Assembly (NCBI GenBank): GCA_002691205.1 | Contig: NZHD01000051.1 | Span: 2,901-66,900 of the forward strand | DNA: 64,000 nucleotides | Source of the DNA: Deltaproteobacteria bacterium | Lineage (GTDB): Bacteria > Myxococcota_A > UBA9160 > UBA4427 | Reading direction: 5' to 3' | Part shown: positions 58,301 through 64,000 of the stretch, piece after piece | Layout of the letters: every line of letters starts with the position of its first letter | How positions within the stretch are numbered: the stretch's first letter is position 1 | The notes under the pieces: generated by a model | Database searches by the model: none | The model's input: the letters and a program-made list of their open reading frames with translations, nothing else | Told to the model about the DNA's origin: nothing | Made by a program: the position numbers and the translations under genes

Positions 58301-59138
58301 ACTCGCCCAGCTTCCAATCGAGCGAAAGGTTGAGCCCATCGGGCGTAATGGGGTTCACCGTCTCAATTTCATCGGCGCGAATAGCGTTTGCCGAACTCAA
58401 AAGGAGGCTCAATCCCAAAATTAAACCGGCTGCACCTCGGACTCGACGACGTGCAAGAAACCCTAAGCCGGTGAGCCCTGAAAGCAGCAGCAAACCAAAA
58501 CCGGGTTCGGGCACTAAAATCTGTCCCGCGTCCACTGAGACTTCATCCATACTGACCTGGACCGCTGAACTCGTCGCCATCACCATCAACTCGGGCGGAT
58601 CATGCTCATCGCCCACCGAGGTCCACGCCAAATCCAAAGTCCCTACACACTGAGAAGAACCCGCACTGAGAGGACTCGTATCGTACAACCAACTCAAACC
58701 CAGTTCGCTAACAGGATGGGCCGCGAGTTCAGCATCAGTTTTTGAGGCCACTAAAACGATCGATCCACACTCCACAAAACCCTCAATCAGAACCGGATTT
58801 TCCGTGTTCGCCGGGACTTCAAGATCAAGCTGCCAGGCACAAAGTTCATCGCCGGAACCCGTCGCTGCGTCGCAGTCGGCCGCGGGGCTTGTCGAAGCCG
58901 TCGCCCCCACCTCCAAGCAGAGAGTAAAACTCTCCGTGGGCGCCGAAGGAATGGAAAAAACCACACCTGAACTCTCCACGGGAGCCCAGACCGTCGCCGC
59001 GTCTTCAATCGCGCAACAACCCGAAACCGATCCCTCGCAGAGATAAAACTCGGGGGTTCCTGCGAAGCCGATCCCCTCTCCCAGCCACAGAATCAGTGTG
59101 GCCCATCCCCAAATGCGTCGTATTCTAGCTCCCGCCAT
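55347..59138 (-). CDS. Giant multidomain surface protein: signal peptide, Cys-rich N-domain, internal PEP-CTERM signal, second signal-peptide-like helix, six FG-GAP (integrin-alpha-like) repeats, thrombospondin type-3 repeats, Cys/Asp-rich C-region
   Basis: FG-GAP calcium motifs at a ~60-aa period: [80 protein letters not shown] and [16 protein letters not shown] (nt 57261-58286). TSP3 reads [35 protein letters not shown] (nt 57030-57206), with a second copy near the C-terminus ([16 protein letters not shown]...GIGDACQCG). Confidence 0.75.
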   Translation of the reverse strand: MAGARIRRIWGWATLILWLGEGIGFAGTPEFYLCEGSVSGCCAIEDAATVWAPVESSGVVFSIPSAPTESFTLCLEVGATASTSPAADCDAATGSGDELCAWQLDLEVPANTENPVLIEGFVECGSIVLVASKTDAELAAHPVSELGLSWLYDTSPLSAGSSQCVGTLDLAWTSVGDEHDPPELMVMATSSAVQVSMDEVSVDAGQILVPEPGFGLLLLSGLTGLGFLARRRVRGAAGLILGLSLLLSSANAIRADEIETVNPITPDGLNLSLDWKLGESVAAVGDLNGDGVSDLALGAPSYNNNAGAVLLLLMRRDGTVDDVIQFGSDTPEYKSIILAGDGFGAGLAAIGDLDGNGVTELAVVAPGRRYVFILFLSARTALSPLPEVRSTVRFQMAYAPKSVTGIGDLDGDGVSDVVVGHPDAPIGCVLGCGAIEILNLKSDGTLKSATTLGNGSLGSASLTDGDQFGASLAFLGNLYGGTGVELAVGSPGRGPNQRGAIQIVSLTSQSGGIVKDTIDSGVARFPAANVSVSGLGNSLTPLGDIDADGDTDLLAGAYGSGTQQEGGVVVLQMMPLMGGSTIEGGVFIDKLDVPGGVIEASTLFGRSVAVADVSGDGEPELWVGANAVPVGTPSDGGVVWQLHLQDSDQDGHSDFVDNCPTVPNSDQLDFDGDSVGDRCDSCLRVSNAAQADADQDGVGDACEETVVHLIEDPDGLGEDRWRLEVECGAVADIDEMLVALTPLGASADDFTFGGPVGSVCEAPESLCMGCSGCSQVPTGSPYLGSVLDRSESGVFVTDAWGANSQVGFGGLRPDTLYVLLKATEDLCTAGVVEHMGDLVWAPPIPRPASRPAVNVSMGRAGGILPVVSDTDAISRFRVMSSRTATPCRSSRMMRTSGASSSSTCVEAQLLPLVGQAIDDVSVFELCFTSPSYLLHRLTVAAEPPLVDDDSDGQWDHTISWQDCDGTLDADGRMWCDDGASSLYDASSEDAVYSSVNADGLDYSSGDVDGASFAWEDTDPSSATDGYLFLVVEGNLSMTEPSLGALTPGLEDLQCVGRLNISPSVDLSPCPEPGEPEYSPGCSVEDRLPSLLLPDASEFAAPVSWCASQPLLSDAQYYDPGVLFACDEPCGVSSNGVASTMSEDVDEDERRNEDDNCIYTANTSQIDSGGMEWIDSNLPEGIGDACQCGEATGDGWISGSESVDLAALLSQLVDPVDAEVGERCSVDNDAECTIRDAVIHKRTLGQSSPPAEFESDQCEAAAGS
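58383..58451 (-). other. Signal-peptide-like segment immediately after the PEP-CTERM signal (aa 230-252)
   Basis: RRRVRG (n-region), [13 protein letters not shown] (h-region), SANA|IRADE (AxA-type cleavage site). Confidence 0.55.
58434..58514 (-). other. Internal PEP-CTERM sorting signal (aa 209-235 of the 1263-aa ORF)
   Basis: [27 protein letters not shown] is the complete tripartite PEP-CTERM pattern (PEP motif, TM helix, Arg cluster), but it is followed by 1028 more in-frame codons rather than a stop. Confidence 0.7.
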
Positions 59139-59265
59139 ATTCTCATCCGCTTATCATCATCAGCAGCTGCGGTCCTGAGCCTCTATTCTACTCGCTTTAG
59201 CCCTCAGGATGTCGCAAACCTTGTTTTTGTGGTGCCCCTGAAGCTGAAGTCGGTGACGATTAAAA

Positions 59266-59294
59266 AATCGGATCAGAAAAATATGAATCCGATT
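59266..59294 (-). terminator. Weak terminator-like hairpin between the CHAT gene and the giant gene
   Basis: Inverted repeat AATCGGAT (59266-59273) / ATCCGATT (59287-59294) with a 13-nt loop, followed on the minus strand by T5-6 (plus-strand A-run 59262-59267). The stem is AT-rich, so only moderate termination is expected. Confidence 0.35.
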
Positions 59295-59317
59295 GCCCCT
59301 CCGGGGGACATCGGCCC

Positions 59318-61651
59318 TCAAAGCCAACTTCCGATCATCTGAAAAGGGGCCCAAAAAGCTGGGTGCCGATAGCGAAAATCCTGCCTGAGTTCTCTTTGTG
59401 CCTGGGCCAGCGCCTCGGCCCGAGAAACCCCTGCGGTCAACAGATGCCGATAAAAAGCGGTCACCAGCCGAGCCGTCGCCGGATCATCCACACTCCAGAG
59501 GCTTCCAAGAGCGCTTCGGGCCCCCGATTGAACAGCGATGCCCGACAAGCCAAGCGCAGCCCGTGGGTTGCCCTCGGCCGTTTCGCACGCGCTCAGGGTT
59601 AGCAACTCAAGGGGCTGCTCACGAAAACGAAAAGTTCCGATGTCCTCCGCCAAACCCTTCATTGAGAGTCGGCCGTCCGCTGTCACAAGAAAAGCACTCT
59701 CCTCAAGTCCAGAAAAAACAGCATGAGTCGCCAGATGAACCACGCTGTAGGGCTCCTCGGCCAGGCGTTCCCTTAAACGGGATCGACGAAAGGCAGCATT
59801 CATTAAGACATCGCCCCCGATCACCGAATGAACTTCTTCGATCTCAAGAGCCACATTTGGAAGAGGCGCAAAGCCGTCAGTGGCTTCGCTTAAACCAGCC
59901 AGCAAGGCACGAGGCCCTTCTTTTTGAAACGGACGTGGGTCTGTTAACTGAAGCCCAGGTGTCAGCGCCACCGCATAGTGATCCACCAAAAATGATTGAC
60001 CGTCGTGAAGCGCTGCCATGGGAATGGTCAACAAGGCGCCCGAAGGAACGAAGACCAGCGTTTTAATCTCGCGCTCTTGCAGCGCCCCCTTCAGGGGCTC
60101 AATCAACCAAGTGTAGAGCCGTTGAGCGTGAGGCAAATAGCGGCGGGTCCCCGCCCGCTCAAGGGTTTGCCGAAACAAAGCCACTTCCGTCTCGACCAAG
60201 GCCCTCGAAACCGCTTTTTCATAGGCCACAATTTCCCCAGTCGGCCAGCTAACCAAGACCACCAAGCGGTCGGCCAATGAGACGGGGTAGAGAATGGCCG
60301 CCTCAGGAGAAACCGCTTCGATACTGGCTAAGCGGTCCTGCAATGCGTCCACGCATTCGTCTTGAAAATAGTCCCTCAATTCGGCGGCTTTGAATCGCTC
60401 CAAGCCATCGCGTGCGCGACGAAGCAGACTTTGACGCACGGCCGAATCTGAAGTCGCCTGAGCCTGATCCAAGAGCAGCCCAACGAAGGCTTCATAGATC
60501 GGCTGAACCTCCTGCTCAAAGGAGGCCCCCTGCCCGTCCCCGCCCCACGGCGTTTGAGTCCGCAGGGGCGCCAAGGCTTCAATGGCCCTTGAGTACGCCG
60601 AGATCGCCTCGGGCCTCCGGCCGAGTTCATTCAAAAGTTCGCCGCGCTGTGACTCAAGTCGATACAATCGAACCGGGTCCGCGATCCGTCTCGCCCGTCG
60701 AAGTGCTCGATTCGTCAATTCCAGGGCTTCACCCCGGCGTCCTTCCATTTGATACAGGGCCCCAAGTTCCCTCAAGGCCACGGTCGCCACGGACTCCGCC
60801 CCCACTTCATCGGCGGTCTCAAGCCCGGCATACAACCATTGTGAGGCCAACACGCGCGATTCCGCTGACGGCACCCCCAGGCTTCTTTCCTGATGACCAA
60901 GATTGACCCAGAGTTCAGCCCGCACATACGAAGGCGGTAAAGTCTCCACTCGAAGGGCCGCTTCTTTTAAAAAAGACTGAGCCCGCTCCGGTCCACTCGG
61001 GGCCGAAACACGAGCCGCATTCCCAAGCGCACGCGCCTCAAGAGCCGAGTCTTGAGCGAGTCCCCCTGCCAACGCACTGGCTTCAAAGTGAGCCAAAGCA
61101 TCCTCGGGAAGCCCCTTCAGCGCCGCCAGAACTCCGAGGTCATTTTCTGCTTCCGCCGTCACTCTCACTTGATCGAAAGTACGCGCTCCGTGGATCGCCC
61201 GGGTGAGCCAGAGAGTCGCTTGCGCCCTCTCGCCTAGGGCTAAAGCCGAAGCGCCTAATGAAGCTTCGATGGCCGGCCGCTTGTTGGATAAATCTCTCTC
61301 ATCTGAAATGGTGAGTGCACGCTCCAGATGCGTCATCGAGGAAGGGACCTCGCCCACCGCTCGCTCACAGCGCGCCAAATCCAGCAGACTCTCCACTTCA
61401 AGGCTCGCCTGGCCCCGGGCCTTCTCCACCGCTTGGGCATAAAGGGCCCGCGCTGACAAAAACTGGCCCTGAGATTCCGCCTGGGCCGCTTTCGCTCTGA
61501 GGCCAGAGACCTCAGACTGACTGCCCACGGTTTGCCCACGAACAAGGCTTGGGGCCATCGCTAACAAAGAGAGGATCAAGCTCAAGAAAAAGAATTCCCG
61601 AAGATAAGATCTCTTCACAAACATAAAGCCCAGACATCGCGATGGGTGCAT
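59318..61651 (-). CDS. Exported TPR-repeat CHAT-domain (caspase-like) protease
   Basis: Sec-type signal (MFVKRSYLREFFFLSLILSLLAMAPSLVRG|Q), about 400 aa of TPR-like helices, then a CHAT domain with a His/Cys dyad in VVHLATHAVFSG (His codon 59723-59725) and LLTLSACETAEG (Cys codon 59585-59587). Confidence 0.8.
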   Translation of the reverse strand: MHPSRCLGFMFVKRSYLREFFFLSLILSLLAMAPSLVRGQTVGSQSEVSGLRAKAAQAESQGQFLSARALYAQAVEKARGQASLEVESLLDLARCERAVGEVPSSMTHLERALTISDERDLSNKRPAIEASLGASALALGERAQATLWLTRAIHGARTFDQVRVTAEAENDLGVLAALKGLPEDALAHFEASALAGGLAQDSALEARALGNAARVSAPSGPERAQSFLKEAALRVETLPPSYVRAELWVNLGHQERSLGVPSAESRVLASQWLYAGLETADEVGAESVATVALRELGALYQMEGRRGEALELTNRALRRARRIADPVRLYRLESQRGELLNELGRRPEAISAYSRAIEALAPLRTQTPWGGDGQGASFEQEVQPIYEAFVGLLLDQAQATSDSAVRQSLLRRARDGLERFKAAELRDYFQDECVDALQDRLASIEAVSPEAAILYPVSLADRLVVLVSWPTGEIVAYEKAVSRALVETEVALFRQTLERAGTRRYLPHAQRLYTWLIEPLKGALQEREIKTLVFVPSGALLTIPMAALHDGQSFLVDHYAVALTPGLQLTDPRPFQKEGPRALLAGLSEATDGFAPLPNVALEIEEVHSVIGGDVLMNAAFRRSRLRERLAEEPYSVVHLATHAVFSGLEESAFLVTADGRLSMKGLAEDIGTFRFREQPLELLTLSACETAEGNPRAALGLSGIAVQSGARSALGSLWSVDDPATARLVTAFYRHLLTAGVSRAEALAQAQRELRQDFRYRHPAFWAPFQMIGSWL

Positions 61652-61670
61652 TAAGCCATTCCGCCTCTGT

Positions 61671-63113
61671 TCACTCTATGCTCGAATCGATTGGCACTCG
61701 GATCTCGACCTGTTCCAATAAATCGCTCCGCGCCTTTTCAACGCCTTCGACGTCTAGACCTGCTTCGGTCCAGTCTGAAAGCTGCCTGAAGGCATCGTAC
61801 CAATACCCTTGCTCGGCCAGCAGGTGCGCCTGCGCGGCCAGTTCGGCCTCCTCCCACTTCACTTGCTGAGCGGGTGTTCGCTCTTGAAAAACCAGCGCGG
61901 CACTCGCTCTCACATCACGAGAACGACGCGCAGCGTCGACCACGGCCGCCGCCTGCCAGCGATACACAACCCCAGCTTGAAGCTCCACACCGAGATCCTC
62001 AAGCGACACCGCGTGAAGCCCCGCTGCCTGAGGTCCGCCTCTCTGAAATTCAACCAGGGGCTCAATCGAAACATCGTCCGCGACCGTGATCTCAATGGGA
62101 AGGGACGTAGGCTCCGAGAGCCAGTAATAAAGCGTGGGGGAAGTCGAACTCGTCCAACCCACATGATCGGGGCCTAAAGCGTACACTTCGAGTGACGAAG
62201 TCCCTCCCGCCGAACGCACTTTCCCATAGGTTCGAACCGACGGCCCGCCCAAAAGGGGAATCTGATCCACTCCATATCGAATTTCCCCAGAAGGCCAATT
62301 CGAAGCCAGGAGCGCGATATCGGGGCCCGCCACGAGGGGCGAAATGTCCGAACTCGGCGACTCAGGCGTGCTCGCGACCTCCACCGTTTTCGGGGGCAAG
62401 ACTTCGGCTTCGCGCGGGGACGGGGCCCTCATCTGATCCACCTCGGGTTGGCTCTCGTTCAGGGCCAAAGCACCTGGGGAGACACCCTTCGCTGCCTCGT
62501 CAGAAGCCAATTCCTGTAGATCAACCGGATCAAGGGGAACCAACGGACTCTCGGGGGCCGGCCTCGTTGAGCTTTCGGCCAGAGTCGGCGCGGGGACCAT
62601 GGGCGCCTCGTCTCTGACCCATAGCCAACCCAGAGGCAAAATCAGAATCGCGAGCGCCGCTGCGGCAAACGTGGGCGAGACCACCCAACCACCGAGGGCC
62701 TCTAGGGCGTTTGAGAAAGCTTTCCTCCACTCCGTCCCAAGAGACACTGAAGCGTCTGGCGTGGACGCCTTCGATGCTACTCCGATCGCGGCAAAATCAA
62801 AACGTTCCAGGACCGTCAACTCCGTCGTACAGGGTGCACACGCTTCCAGATGAGTTTCAAGACCTCGGCGCACGTCAAAATCGAGCGTGGCCGGTGCCTG
62901 CGCGTACGCGAGCAAGACCTCTTCCGAAGGATGATCTCCGGCCGAACTCGGCGCCGCATGTCCCAGCGCCTGCTCAAGTTGCATGCCTCGGCGAACTTCC
63001 CGGGTGCAATCCGAGCAGCTCGGATAATGAGCTCGAAAAGCCGCGTAGCGCGAATCCTCCCGCTCAAGCAGGAAATCCACTACATCAATTTCATCGAAGT
63101 CTTCACAAGGCAT
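61671..63113 (-). CDS. Membrane anti-sigma factor with tandem zinc-binding (HxxxCxxC) N-domains and a periplasmic DUF928-like C-domain
   Basis: Canonical N-terminus MPCEDFDEIDVVDFLLE (ATG 63113; the track ORF starts at TTG 63206). Motifs HYPSCSDC (63006-63029) and HLEACAPC (62832-62852). One TM (62616-62687). Pro/Ser-rich linker. C-domain (61692-62204) reads PTLYYWLSEP..IEITVADD...GVVYRWQAAAVVD...LLAEQGYWYDAFRQLSDW, matching my memory of the DUF928 pattern. Confidence 0.7.
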   Translation of the reverse strand: MPCEDFDEIDVVDFLLEREDSRYAAFRAHYPSCSDCTREVRRGMQLEQALGHAAPSSAGDHPSEEVLLAYAQAPATLDFDVRRGLETHLEACAPCTTELTVLERFDFAAIGVASKASTPDASVSLGTEWRKAFSNALEALGGWVVSPTFAAAALAILILPLGWLWVRDEAPMVPAPTLAESSTRPAPESPLVPLDPVDLQELASDEAAKGVSPGALALNESQPEVDQMRAPSPREAEVLPPKTVEVASTPESPSSDISPLVAGPDIALLASNWPSGEIRYGVDQIPLLGGPSVRTYGKVRSAGGTSSLEVYALGPDHVGWTSSTSPTLYYWLSEPTSLPIEITVADDVSIEPLVEFQRGGPQAAGLHAVSLEDLGVELQAGVVYRWQAAAVVDAARRSRDVRASAALVFQERTPAQQVKWEEAELAAQAHLLAEQGYWYDAFRQLSDWTEAGLDVEGVEKARSDLLEQVEIRVPIDSSIE

Positions 63114-63202
63114 GGCCTGTGTCCTTTGTGCCGTTCGGTCCGCAACGCATAAGTTTTTTATCCCCCTCGCTGTGGACAGTCGTTCCCACATCGCGAATCG
63201 GA

Positions 63203-63778
63203 TCAACCTGAATCAAGAAAATCAACAAGATCCCCTCTTAATTGTGTGAGGCCATCCCTGAGGTACCGTTTAAGAGACCCCAGAGGAATCCCGGTATCCT
63301 CAGCCACTTGATCATAGGTCCGTCCCTGGACGTGAACCCCCAAAACCACAAGACGCTGTTTTTCGGGAAGTCGCTCAAGGGCTTGAGCGAGATCTCGGCT
63401 CATTTCGCCCTCTCCCGGGTCGTCCGCGAGCTGAGCCTCATCTGCCCCGACCACATCCTCCCAAGGAAGAGTCTCATTTTCTTTGGTGCGAGTCTGGGCC
63501 TTCAACCGATCGATAAACTTGAAACGCGCCGTGGTTCTCAGATACCCCACCACCGCCCGCCGGTCCCGAATTTTTCCGTCACGTAACGCCAAGGCCGCCG
63601 CCACAATGACCTCTTGTACCAAGTCATCCCAGTCGCTGCGAAAATCGTAGGCATTCCAACGGCCCAAAAACCCGTTGACCAAACGAGTCAGCCTAGCCAG
63701 AGCAAGCGCGTCTCCTGCCAGCAAGGCTTCGAGTGTCGCCCCCCAGTCTGTCTGACCGCCTGCGGCATTTCCCGTCAT
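63203..63778 (-). CDS. ECF (group IV) sigma-70 family RNA polymerase sigma factor
   Basis: Region 2 (DWDDLVQEVIVAAALAL, RAVVGYLRTTARFKFID) and region 4 HTH (LPEKQRLVVLGVHVQGRTYDQVAEDTGIPLGSLKRYLRDG). I prefer ATG 63778 or ATG 63865. The track start 63955 would overlap the divergent gene. Confidence 0.8.
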   Translation of the reverse strand: MTGNAAGGQTDWGATLEALLAGDALALARLTRLVNGFLGRWNAYDFRSDWDDLVQEVIVAAALALRDGKIRDRRAVVGYLRTTARFKFIDRLKAQTRTKENETLPWEDVVGADEAQLADDPGEGEMSRDLAQALERLPEKQRLVVLGVHVQGRTYDQVAEDTGIPLGSLKRYLRDGLTQLRGDLVDFLDSG

Positions 63779-63910
63779 TCTCACAAGTATGCTCAACTCT
63801 TGAGGCCGTCGCACCCGGCGAACAAACGCACCCAGACCTCGCGCCAAGCCCCGATCTCGAGTCATCCAAAAGATTAAGCATCTAAGCCTTAAACCATTAC
63901 CCTTTGACCT

Positions 63911-64000
63911 ATGGAACTCTGGATCCCTCTCAGCATCGCAGCCGCTTTTCTTCAAAACATCCGCTCAGCGCTGCAAAAGTATCTAAAAGATGCTCTCTCT
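63911..64000 (+). CDS. Partial N-terminus of a membrane protein, possibly EamA/DMT-type permease (continues beyond the window)
   Basis: My translation from ATG 63911 is MELWIPLSIAAAFLQNIRSALQKYLKDALS, which is hydrophobic then amphipathic and resembles DMT-family N-termini. Only 30 codons are visible. Confidence 0.3.
   Translation, partial: MELWIPLSIAAAFLQNIRSALQKYLKDALS

Noticed and set aside
59318-61651. TPR-CHAT protein as a type III-E CRISPR Craspase (Csx29) component
   Set aside because: There are no cas7-11/gRAMP or csx30/31-like genes and no CRISPR repeats anywhere in the window. The protein also carries a secretion signal. Only the regulatory analogy is retained as a hypothesis.
1-64000. 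Search for CRISPR arrays, tRNA/rRNA genes, IS elements or large direct repeats
   Set aside because: Reading the intergenic regions on both strands turned up no regularly spaced repeats, tRNA-like T-arm/acceptor pairs, rRNA segments, transposase-like ORFs or terminal inverted repeats. The non-coding gaps are all 373 nt or shorter. A covariance-model scan would be needed to exclude small ncRNAs.

Overview
This 64 kb window comes from a moderately GC-rich, very compact diderm genome. The synteny looks proteobacterial (pheA-hisC-tyrA-rpsA-ihfB-lapA-lapB-like-mutS; lptD, glnD and greB are present), but I cannot place it more precisely. All calls rest on my own reading of the translated ORFs and the DNA; no HMM or BLAST search was possible.

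About 75% of the window is core housekeeping:
- A partial oligopeptidase A at the left edge. It is missing from the ORF track because it runs off the window.
- An 18.5 kb single-strand block (7817-26298) of 15 genes, many joined by ATGA/GTGA start-stop overlaps.
- trpGDCF, lptD, dtd, dcd, queG, greB, hisD and others.

I found no rRNA, tRNA, CRISPR array, transposase or prophage.

The main accessory region is a co-directional minus-strand cluster at about 51.2-63.9 kb. In transcription order it encodes:
- an ECF sigma factor;
- a membrane anti-sigma with two tandem HxxxCxxC motifs and a periplasmic DUF928-like domain;
- an exported TPR-CHAT (caspase-like) protease;
- a 1263-aa protein with a complete PEP-CTERM sorting signal in the middle of the chain, followed directly by a signal-peptide-like segment, an FG-GAP beta-propeller and thrombospondin type-3 repeats;
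- a short TpsA-like exoprotein;
- a ShlB/FhaC-type TpsB transporter.

I read this as an uncharacterised envelope signalling and secretion system in which a periplasmic CHAT protease may gate an ECF sigma factor. That would be conceptually parallel to the CRISPR type III-E Csx29-Csx30-sigma module, but no cas genes are present.

A lone exosortase lies about 15 kb away at 39833-40675. It is translationally coupled to queG and divergent from a sulfotransferase. It is the only candidate processing enzyme for that internal PEP-CTERM signal.

Secondary oddities:
- a LapB-like TPR protein without membrane anchor or rubredoxin domain;
- a TlpA-like thioredoxin lipoprotein directly upstream of an LptD with two CxC pairs;
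- a Ser/Thr kinase fused to a cNMP-binding domain;
- a possible compensated frameshift patch inside the giant gene.
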